The translations under genes and the position numbers were made by a program. From contig NC_057719.1 of assembly GCF_004010195.1 (NCBI RefSeq), forward strand, positions 31,856,883 to 31,876,945: a DNA stretch of 20,063 bases, given 5' to 3'. The first letter of the stretch is position 1; each line of letters starts with the position of its first letter. Shown one piece after another: positions 10,340-19,861 of this stretch. Source of the stretch: Chiloscyllium plagiosum. Taxonomy: Eukaryota. The notes beneath the pieces were generated by a model. It ran no database searches. It was given only the letters and a program-made list of their open reading frames with translations, and had not been told where the DNA came from.

Positions 10340-11058
10340 AAAATGTTACTGTGCAGGTACAGGAAGCAATAAAGCATGCTAAGAGAGTGTCATAATTGAA
10401 TACAAAAGAAGGGGGTTAAGATGGGAGTCCACTGGTGAGACTGCACCTGGAGAATTGTGTGCAATATTGGTCACCTTATTTAAAGAAGGATGTAAGTGGC
10501 TTGGATGCCACTCAGAGAAAAAAATGAGAGGACTGCCTTGTGAGGCTAGGCTCATATCCACTTGAGTTTGGACAACTGAGAGGCAATTTGATTGAAACAT
10601 TTGAGACCCTGAGGGATCTTGATGGGCTGGATGTCAAAAAGAAATCTTGTGAGAGAATCTAGAACTAGAGGTCTCTTTTTAAAAATCAGATGTCATCCAT
10701 TTAAAACAGAGATTAGGTGATTCGTTTCTCTCAGAGGTCTTTGCTCTTCTCATCATGAAAAGGTGATAAAAGCAGAATCCTTGAATATTTTTATGGTAGA
10801 GTTAGATAGATTCTGAAGAAGGGCGTACGCCCAAAACGTTGATTCTCCTGCTCCTTGGATGCTGGCTGACCTGGTGTGCTTTTCCAGTAACACATTTTTC
10901 AGCTTAGATAGATTCTTGTTAAGCAAGAAGGTGGTTTGTTGGGGATGGTATGGAATGCGTCTTGGATGTTACAATCAGATTCACCTTGATTTCATTGAAT
11001 GGTGGAGAAGGCCTGAGGGGCTTAATGGCCGACTCTTGCTCCTAATTTGCATGTTCAT
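10340..11058 (+). mobile_element. CR1 LINE copy B, 3' end, nested inside copy A
   Basis: LVRLHLENCVQYWSPYLKKDV coding, later degenerate LRGNLIETF, then a CR1 3'UTR (GATTTCATTGAATGGTGGAGAAGGCCTGAGGGGCTTAATGGCCGACTCTTGCTCCTAATTTGCATGTTC). Confidence 0.8.
10813..10903 (+). mobile_element. Penelope-like terminal fragment with hammerhead-like core, flanked by a 13-bp direct repeat
   Basis: TTAGATAGATTCT occurs at 10802-10814 and 10904-10916. The insert begins CTGAAGA-A-GGGCGTACGCCC-AAAACGTT. Confidence 0.85.
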
Positions 11059-11069
11059 TTATCCCTATA

Positions 11070-11500
11070 GATCAAATGTGATGATCCGTTGGAGACGCTG
11101 AGTCTATTTTTCCTGCGGAGGTGTCTGAAAGGAGATTTGATATAAGTTTTTAAAATAACAGGGAGTTTGGAAGAAATAGATTGGAACAAACTGTTCCCAC
11201 TCATTAAAAAAATTAAGATTGAGAAGGACAAATTTAAAGTGGTTTGAAAAAAATCAAACATGATGTGAGATAAATGTTTTTTCACACAGTGAGTAGTTTG
11301 GATCTGGAATGCACTGCTGTTAACATGGTGGAAGTAGGTTCAATTGAGTCATTGAAAAAGTATTGGAAGACGAACTGAATAGAAACAAGGTGCAGGATTG
11401 TGGGGAAAAGAAGAATGGCATCAAGTTATAATGTTCATTTGGAGAGGCAGTACAGACACGATAGGCCTGCTTCTGAACCATGATAATTCCTGTGAATCTC
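11070..11500 (+). mobile_element. CR1 LINE copy A, 3' piece and 3'UTR
   Basis: Resumes CR1 coding where the 10160-10330 piece stops (LETLSLF..., LKGDLI.VFKI, FFTQ.VVWIWNAL) and ends in a CR1-type 3'UTR. Confidence 0.75.
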
Positions 11501-11927
11501 TGATGTTGTACCCGGGCCCTTAATACCCCTTAACTAGAAGTGAAGGTAGTGAAATATCAACCATATCATTTGTAAATTCAAGTCAAATATAAAACTAAAA
11601 TGCAATAAGGGATTTTTTTCCCAGTTTTAGTAATTTTGATATCAAATCACTATCAAGTGTAAACTAAATTGTCCTATTTTGTGTGGCTTGCAAATAGGTA
11701 AAACTCAGAAAATTACAAAAATAGTTCAAAATGGCTGCCATGAATAAAATAAGTTAGAACATCGTTTGCAATTCAAAAATTCCTGAACATTGATTTTAAA
11801 TTTATGAATTGTCAAGATCTAGATAATTTAGTTAGGTAATTTGGCGAACTGCTTGTTCTTGCTGATATATTTAACCAAGATTTATAATTAACTAACAGCA
11901 AAGTACTCTGAATGTTGGAGAATAAAG

Positions 11928-12112
11928 TAAAAACAAAAGTGCTGGAGAAACTTAGCAGGTCTGGCAGTCTGTGTGGAGACAGAAACCACCAACATTTCAA
12001 GGCCAATATGGCTTTTCTTTGGAATTTTGAAGAAAAGTCATATTGGATTCAAACCATTAACATTTTTCCCCTCTCTATACCTGCTGAGTTTCTTAAGCAT
12101 CTTCTGTTTTTA
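11928..12112. mobile_element. Penelope-like palindromic terminal element, old and decayed
   Basis: AAAAACAAAAGTGCTGGAGAAACTTAGCAGGT at the left mirrors ACCTGCTGAGTTTCTTAAGCATCTTCTGTTTTT at the right. The central CCAATATGGCTTTTCTT mirrors AAGAAAAGTCATATTGG. Confidence 0.8.
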
Positions 12113-12174
12113 CCTTGTAGTTAACACTGCACTGACATTAAAACTAACACATTTTGAAGGATACTTTACCTTGC

Positions 12175-12375
12175 TGCAAAAAGGAAACTTGGATGAAATT
12201 CTTTGATTGTTTCTGAAGTAAGAAAACTTTGTAATATCAGTGGACTAAAGTGAGAAAGGAATAGAAAGATTTGGTCATGATGCTCATTACGAGTGTGGAG
12301 ATTGCTTGATAGACCAGGTGGTATCTAACAAATATTTTGTTTATAAATAGGAATTCTTTCTGCAGTTCTCTTTAT
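12175..12375 (+). mobile_element. Probable very old CR1 3' end
   Basis: Faint KGKLD-type coding (AAAGGAAACTTGGAT) followed by CR1-3'UTR-like sequence. Confidence 0.35.
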
Positions 12376-13857
12376 ATCATAAAAAAACTTATTTTGTTGG
12401 AGCTTATCTCAAATATCTCATCTAATATTAATTTAACTGAAGTTATTCAAAATTTCTGGGGTGAAATATATTCTAATCTTAATACATTATTTTCCCATCT
12501 TATATGTAACAAGCTCTCAGCATGTGGTTTATGAGATATGATTTCTAATCTTTCTTTCTAAGAGATTATAATTGCACCAATTATATTTCTTTACTTTGGT
12601 ATGATTCTTGCATCCAAGGAGCTTTGGCAACTTCTTCCCAAAAGCTCATACTTTCATTTTATTTAATATTCATACTATTTTCTATCTAGTCATCTGTCCT
12701 TTTTTACAATAGTAATTTACGTATTGCCTTCTCCTCTTAGTATATAACTGATATATATTCTATTGTGGGAATCAATTTTGAAAAAATATATCCATCAAAG
12801 TAAAGAGAATTAAGAAATTGGGTAATCCTATTATGAATGTTCGTTGCTTAGTGGATATTTTTAATTATAAAAAATGCACAAAGCAAAGAAGCATATATAA
12901 TTAATAAAAATAATTCTTAAAATTTATTCGTAATAATTCACTGCTTTACTTTTCCTAATCTCCTCAGTCAACTACTTACATCCATGTTTCAATGTTATCC
13001 CTGTACTCCTGTATCAATTGGGTTTGTATATTTGCAACAGTAAATCTTCGAGACACCTTTTTTTCATTTAATGTTCTCACAGTTTCTTTTCCAAGGATTA
13101 TTCATTGTTCTCTTCTCATTGCATTAACCAGCAGTCCTAAATTTTATTATCCTTACTTTAATTGCTGTCACAAGATTGAACATGATGACATTATCATTCA
13201 TTGATAATACAACACAGAATAAAATGTACGGAACATAAAATCCTCAAAAGCAGTAAATCTTCCATGATTAGGTTTATGACAAAATGCCAGATGAGTTATA
13301 AGCTCTTCCCTCTTATTCTTGATAATCAGCTGGGTCACGAGGACAGTCTGACATTAACCTGATGAAATTACTGTTCTCTTCTGAAAGTTCTCTATGTCAT
13401 TATACTCAGATAGAATCTATAGCACAGAAATTGATCATTTGATCCAATTACTTTATTCCATCTTTATAATCCAAAATACCTTCCCTTTTAATGCATCTAT
13501 ATTATTTCCCTCAAGTGGTACCAGGACCCTCATGATTTTTATACCTGTATCAAATTTTCTCTCAAATGTCTGTTGTCCAAGAAGTTGTCCCAACTTCTCC
13601 AACTACTCCATGTAACTGATGTTCCTCTCCCCTAGAACTATTCTTGTAACTGTTTGCTGCACCTTCACAATCCTTCCAAGAATGCAGTGCCTAAAATTAG
13701 ACACAATAATTAAGTTCAAAACGAATCAGTGTTTTTAAATCAGTTTAACATACTTTTTTTTGTTTTTGAGCTCTGTTGTCAAAGTGTAGAATGCTTTATT
13801 AGTGACTATATCAGCCTGTCTTATCATTTTCAATGTTTTTGTTATTCTGTCAGGGTT

Positions 13858-14020
13858 TTTCTGGCTGGGCCTAAATTTATTGCAATCTCTAACTGCTATT
13901 GAGAAGGTGGGGGTGAGCTGCTTTCTTGAACTGCTATAGTGATTGGGGCATAGGTGCAATTAGGAAGGAAATTCTAGTGTTTTGACCCAATGACAGTGAA
14001 GGCACAACCATATTTATTCA
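13858..14020 (-). mobile_element. CR1/Zenon-like LINE 3' tail (same family as 1160-1534), inserted in the CR1
   Basis: Reverse complement contains CCTTCACTGTCATTGGGTCAAAA...TTCAAGAAAGCAGCTCACCCCCACCTTCTCAA...GCAATAAAT...GGCCCAGCCAG. Confidence 0.75.
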
Positions 14021-14369
14021 CATGTACCCTAAGATCACTCTGATACTGCACTCTCTTAAAAAAATATGCATTTTTAAATTGTATGTCTGCATTCCTCTGT
14101 CCAAAATCAAATACTTCACACGCTTCTGTGCTACATTTCAACTGCCAGTTGTCTGCTCATTCCACCATACTGCAGATGTCCTTTAAACGTTCAGCACCAT
14201 TCTCCTCAAGATTCTCTTCCAAATCTTTGAAGTTTTATATTGACTGCATATTTTAAATTGTACCCGGAGCACAAAGACCTGGAATGTTAATATACATGAG
14301 GTAGACAGGGAGGTGAATACTGATGCCTAGCAAATTCCTCTATCAGTTTAAATATTGCTAAAAGGAGTT

Positions 14370-14690
14370 AAGACATTGAAGCTTTTCATCTTGCACTCAT
14401 CAGCACTAGGACACAAGGAATAGACTTGAAAAGTGTATACAGCGTGAGAAGAGGATGCTGATTTGTTCGATGATTGTTTGCATAGAAATGTCACTGTCAA
14501 TCTTAGTTTGCAGACCAGGCAGGTCAAACTGATAGGTCAGGCAATTGTCTAGGAAATGCAGCAGAAATTGGCACTCTGCAAGCCCCTCTACGTTTTCAAT
14601 GAGAAAAGTGCAATATATCCACAAATTCCTTTTGCCTACACAAAACTGGGAAGCACTACCAAACAATTGTCCTGTCTAATAAACAATAGT
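14370..14690 (-). mobile_element. Probable Penelope-like terminal-region relic of a further family, with hammerhead core
   Basis: It interrupts the CR1. The minus strand at 14403-14378 reads CTGATGA-GTGCAAGAT-GAAA-AGCTTC, and the adjacent sequence resembles a recurrent shark repeat as I recall it. Confidence 0.6.
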
Positions 14691-15817
14691 TCATCATTTC
14701 CTACCACTTACCCAATTTTGAATCAATGTTGCTTCTATCCCTGTAATTCCATGAGTTCAGAATGCCATCTAGAAGGTCATGTACACGTCTACATCAGCAG
14801 CATTTGCCCTGACAAAACCTCTCTGTTAACTCAGCAAAAAAACTCCTGCATGTTATTTGCATCCTTTTTTAACAAGATTAGAATTTACAATTCTCCTGTC
14901 ATCTGACATCATCTATGAATCTAGGAATTAAAAGATTTTTGTCAGTGCCTCTACAGTTTCTACTCTCACTCCCCTCAGTATCCTTGAATGCATCTTACAT
15001 GGTCCTACAATTTTACACATTTCAAGTATGTGAAATACCTCCTGTTTCACTATTATGTGAGCAGTGTCTCGTTGTTTGGTCATGACAAATTCAAAGTATA
15101 ATTTATTAACTCATCTTCCCTCCATATACAGATCCCGTTTTGATCCAAACTGGTCTCACTCCTCCTCTCACTACCCTTTTGCAACTTAGATGTTGAGAGA
15201 AAGCTAAGTGTTTAGATTCCCTTTAAAATTAGCAATCAGTCTATTTTCATGTTGTTTCTTTGTTTCTTCCTTTTCTGCTTTGAAACGTCTACATTTGGCC
15301 TGGTTATTGTAAAGATTATTTTAGCCACCTTTTATCTATTATAACCATATTTTTTCTGCTTCAGACTAATCTTTATTCATTTCATCTGAATTTATTTGCT
15401 CTACTTTTTCCCTTTGTTGCAACATATTTTGGCCTTGTTTGAACTCTCTCTTCTTTAAAGGCAGTCTATTGTTCATGTGCAGTTTCTCCCGTAAATATTT
15501 GATGTCAGTTTGTCTGGAACAGGGCTCAAAATGCAGAGTGATAGGTGAACATGCCCTGAAATTCCTCAAAATGCTGCAAGGCCATAAGGAGGGAGGCTGC
15601 AAGTGCAGAGTGAGACGAAGTCTGCAAATTGAGCAAGAGGTAAAGGTTAAATGAGTTTTTTGTATGTCAAATGTGTACCTGTTATATTGAAAACAAAAAC
15701 TGTTGCTAACTTACACCTGCTGCCTTGTGTCAATTTAAATATTGTAGTATCTAAGAAATTAATGCTTTCTTTGCGTGTTGTGGCTTTAAGTTTATTCGAA
15801 GGTTGATAATTATTCCG

Positions 15818-16036
15818 AAACCAAAAGAATTGCTGATGCCGGAAGTCAGAAACAAAAATAGAAATTGCTGGAAAATCTTAGCTGGTCTGGCAGCATCTGT
15901 GGAGAGAACCTCGGAGTAAACATCTCCCATATAGTGACCCACTTGCAGAACTGTTCTGAAGAAGGGTCACTAGACCCAAAATGTTAACCCTGATTTCGCG
16001 GATGCTGCCCAACCAGCTGATATTTTCCATCAATTT
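15818..16036. mobile_element. Penelope-like palindromic terminal element with two inverted arms
   Basis: Symmetry centre CAGAAC-T-GTTCTG at 15946-15958. AATTGCTGGAAAAT..AGCTGGTCTGGCAGCATC mirrors GATGCTGCCCAACCAGCTGATATTTTCCATCAATT. A hammerhead-like CTGAAGA-A-GGGTC-ACTA-GACCC-AAAA lies at 15956-15981. Confidence 0.85.
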
Positions 16037-16198
16037 ATGATAATTATTCAGGATGCTTGATTCTGCTTCTGTGAGAATCCAAATATCCTACATGTTGTCA
16101 TAAATGCAAAAGGTATTATTATCTCATAACTACATGAAACCAATTAAGTGAGTTAAAAAGAATTAAAATGTATCTCCTGAAAAACAAAAGGTCGCAGT

Positions 16199-16725
16199 TG
16201 AAAATCAAAAAGTCGCCCTCAAAATGAAAATTAAACCGCAGCCTTTGAAAGGAAAAAAAAGATATATCTTGTACTCTGATCTTGGTCTGCAAACCCTATT
16301 GAAGTTTGTTTCCCTTCAGTAAATTATTATCACTCAGAATTGTTAAATCTCCTTAAAGGTGGTACGAGTATTATGTGGTATAATTGTTTCAGTTTATGTA
16401 TTCTACAATCATTTCTTTTGATGTAAGTAATTTTTGGGAGTTATTAAAGAAATTTGACTAAAAGGTAGCTGTTCAAAATATGAAATAATCAGAGGTTTTA
16501 AAGCATCTTCTTTTCAGTTTCTTTACTATTGCAGTGTAGATTAATACCACATAATACTCGTACCATCTTTAAGGAGATTTAACAATTCTGAGTGATAATA
16601 ATTTACTGAAGGGAAACAAACTTCAATAGGGTTTGCAGACCAAGATCAGCGTACAAGATATATCTTTTTTTTCTTTCGAAGTCTGCGGTTTAATTTTCAT
16701 TTTGAGGGCGACTTTTTGATTTTCA
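16199..16725. repeat. Long inverted repeat: arms 16199-16381 and 16544-16725, 162-bp spacer
   Basis: Manual alignment of the left arm against the reverse complement of the right arm gives 4 substitutions and one 1-nt indel over ~183 bp (~97% identity). Confidence 0.97.
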
Positions 16726-17914
16726 CTTTTACCAGAAAAAGTGAAATTTTTCCCATATAGATCTTGCATCTTTGTTTTACCGTTTTCAGATTACAAAAGG
16801 TTTCCTAGAACACTCTACTTTTGGATAGCGGGGAATACCTATAAAATGAATTTGGGGAACTTGCCTGCTAATTAAACTTATAATATAAAATGGTCACACT
16901 AGCTTCAACACAAACATTATGTTGATTCATCATGATTTTCATATATTTACAATAAATCATTCTGTGCGATCAAGCCTAGTATGGTGTATTTTCAAACCTG
17001 TTAATGACATTAATCTACACTTCGGATTTGCGCAAAAAAGTACTAATGTAGGTCTTTCGTATAAGCGAAATGGCGTAAAGCGAACGTTTGAAAAGCAGGG
17101 GATATATGTTTTAACTTTCAGGTACATGTATATGCAGAGTTCTGTGAATGTACAATGGAGAGTTAATAGTATAACTCTGTGCTGTTCGCTTGCACTGGTG
17201 CAAGCTGGTATTGATCTGAAAGTGTAACTACATATAAAACGCAACCAAATTTCATGGTTGTGTGATACATTGGAGGTAAATTTATCTTACCACATATAAA
17301 TCATGACCAATCATTAATTTAATTGCCCCTAAACAGCCAATAAGTGATTCAGAGATCAATATATAATACTGTTTCTATGCCCTCAAAACTGATTGAACTT
17401 ACATGGCTAAATTCCATCTTTCGCCTTTTTCATTTTGAATGCTCAACTTCAATCTCATTAACCATCTTCTTCTGTATAAGAAACTGACATTATTTATTTT
17501 CAGGGTAACATATCTGATGATACAATTCAAAACACCACAGACGTCAAGATCAGAAGACAAGTTTGATTTTTGAAATCTAAGTTATATTTTTGGCAGTGCA
17601 ATGGAAACACATAAATAACTCTGTGGTGTGGGGCTTAGATCTGAAGATGAATATGTATTTCCATAAATAAGGTTCTTCTTTTCATTGATATTATAATTCT
17701 TATCCAGAAACTTAAATCTATCACTCCAATATTTCTCGATGATCTCTGGAGAATTCATGCATGTTATTTATAAAATGCAGCAAAGAAATTTCTCACAAAA
17801 TGATGTGAAAACTTATTCATAATATTTTCTCAAACTGTCTGCAGGGTTTGGCAGAGTTGATTACACCATCATCCTTCAACATTTCTCAACTGTCACCTAG
17901 ATAAGATTTCTCTT

Positions 17915-17980
17915 GATTTCATTTGATTCGATTCGATTATCATTGTCACGTGCACCTAGATGCATTGAAAGGTTTTGTGT
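17915..17980 (-). mobile_element. Rex1/Babar-type LINE 3' tail
   Basis: Reverse complement ACAAAACCTTTCAATGCATCTAGGTGCACGTGACAATGATAATCGAATCGAATCAAA fits the ...CACTGT...GTACACGTGACAATAAA + pentamer-repeat tail of fish and shark Rex1/Babar elements. Confidence 0.55.
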
Positions 17981-18670
17981 GGGGTAGGCCTTATAAAATG
18001 TTCTCTACAGTCCGCTGGAAAAGGACACAGGCTAATAATACCTAAATGGCAGTCTTGTAACTTGATATAATCCTTTATGGGTATTAATTGTAGCATACTT
18101 CTGGAACTCCTCATCCAGTTGTGATTGCAGGTTGGCCTGGCTCATGTTCAGCTTCGTAAAGGACAGCCCCGCTGCCAATTTTGTATAGAAGCCCACTATG
18201 CGAGGGATCAGGTAATTATCCAGCTGCGAGAAGTGGTTTACCGTTGCTTAAAATCCCCACAAAGACGAAGTGAGCCATCAGGCTTCACTATCAGTATGAC
18301 CGGTGCTGCCCATTCTGCAAACTGCATTGACTTGATGATTCCTTCTCTCTCCAGCATCCTGATTTCCACCTCTATTTTTGCCTGCAAGGCAGATGGCACT
18401 GGGCGAATTTTGCCAAAATCTCGGAATTACTTCCTGGTCTGCAGGTAAAGTGGCTTTAACCCCATTGATAGTCCCAAGCCCTTCCTGAAAAATCCCTGGG
18501 TATTTCACTTCAACTTCACTGAAGCAGCCATTTTCCAACTGAAAAATATTGAGCTAATCCAGGTGAATTTTTCTCAACCAATTCTGGCCCAATTGACTTG
18601 GGCCCGAGCCTTTTATTACCATCAGTGATAACTACACCAACTGTTTCTCATAGGAGACTGGAACAGAAAT

Positions 18671-19059
18671 TGTGGAAAATGTGTCTAAGTGTTGCTTCTG
18701 CAGAGGTCAGGTACTCAGAAGTCAAAAAGACTCAGTGTGCGGAAGTGATAAGACCCAGTGTTGCTTCAGCAAAAGTAATAAGACTCAGCTATCTAGGGGA
18801 GTTGCATGCTAACAACAGGCCACAGACAGATGTGGTAAGCCGATTAGATTAGCAGCTGCACAGAGCAATACAACTGTCACATATGAGGTAAAAGGGGAGG
18901 TACAGAGAGGCTTATAGAAAACTGTATAAATGTGCATTAATATTATTCAGAAGGGTGCCTACTTTGTGGTCACCCGGGCTTGCAAGAACCTATGAATAAA
19001 GACTGCTTCGGAATTTGACTCGGACTAAAATTATTTGACAGTGAGCTTCGTCTCTCACA
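18671..19059 (+). mobile_element. Solo LTR (389 bp) of an ERV- or Gypsy-class element
   Basis: Starts TGTG and ends CACA. 4-bp TSD AAAT at 18667-18670 and 19060-19063. TATAAA at 18925-18930 and AATAAA at 18995-19000. U3-like tandem motifs are present. Removing it plus one TSD restores the Gypsy protease frame. Confidence 0.9.
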
Positions 19060-19572
19060 AAATCATATCCTTAATCTGCAATGGTTCCCTAGTAGATGTC
19101 ACTACGCAATTGAATTGTTCCAACCCACATGTAGGGGGACTTTCCAAAGTGTGTACTCTCCTGGGTACCAGTCTACAAGTTTTCCTTCTCAGGTCTAACC
19201 TTACAAGACTCCTTTGCTGTCTCAAGTCCGTATACCGGCAGCAACTACAATGGCTTGCTGGCCTAGATCCTGAAGAACTGTTTAGCCATTTGGCTGAAAC
19301 TTGGCTTTGTTTTGGGATTCTGCTGTGAGCTGCCCTAAGGCCCCTGTGCTTAGGATATGCCCTGCATGAGGCCATGCGATTGCCAATGCTCAAGTTGTGT
19401 TCTCCAAGCTCAGTCAGACAGGTGAGGGTGTCCACTTCCTTGTAGTTTCCATGCTCCACTTGCCACATTTTCTAATGACCAAGACAGGTATAGAGCTTGT
19501 TTGAAATCCAGTTAGGCTTCAGTCAGTAGGTGCTTCAGCATTGGTTACATCAATTATCCCAGATGCCAAACC

Positions 19573-19861
19573 TGGTGGCACAGTGGCTCAGTGGTTAGCA
19601 CTGCTACCTTATAGCACCAGGATTGCAGGTTCGATTCTAGCCTCAGGCGACTGTCTGTGTGGAGTTTGCATATTGTCTGTGTGGGTTTCCTCTAGGTGCT
19701 CCGGTTTCCTCCCACAATCCAAAGATGTGCAGGCCAGGTGAATTGGCTCTGCTAAATTGCCCATAGTGTTAGATGCATTAGACAGAGGGAAATAGATATG
19801 GGTGGATTACTCTTCAGAGGGTCGGTGTGGACTGGTTGGGCAGTAGGAAATCTAATCTAAT
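19573..19861 (+). mobile_element. HE1 SINE (V-SINE family, tRNA-derived), near full length
   Basis: A-box TGGCTCAGTGG at 19584-19594, B-box GGTTCGATTC at 19628-19637, V-domain GGGTTTCCTCTAGGTGCTCCGGTTTCCTCCCACAATCCAAAGATGTGCAGG, and a (TCTAA)2 tail. Inserted in Gypsy gag, with part of the 3' stem-loop deleted. Confidence 0.95.

Larger units (their letters stand above)
13405..15560 (-). mobile_element. Long decayed CR1 LINE (3' tail, ORF2 C-terminus, RT remnants) interrupted by two younger inserts
   Basis: Tail-like TAGAATCTATAGCACAGAAA at ~13410. Minus-strand remnants of ERVQ.RFTR..P (13630-13670), DLGVHV (~14020-14035) and EFF..LTERF..GNAxDVxYMxF.xAF (14760-14850). Confidence 0.7.

Noticed and set aside
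13359..13392. CTGATGA...GAAAG hammerhead-like spacing
   Set aside because: The intervening sequence cannot form stem II and there is no Penelope-like context; probably chance.
18125..19468. Several 84-137-aa ORFs
   Set aside because: They are sense or antisense frames of the Gypsy relic and the solo LTR, not host genes.
19541..19741. 66-aa ORF and tRNA-like A/B boxes
   Set aside because: Both belong to the HE1 SINE; this is neither a CDS nor a true tRNA gene.
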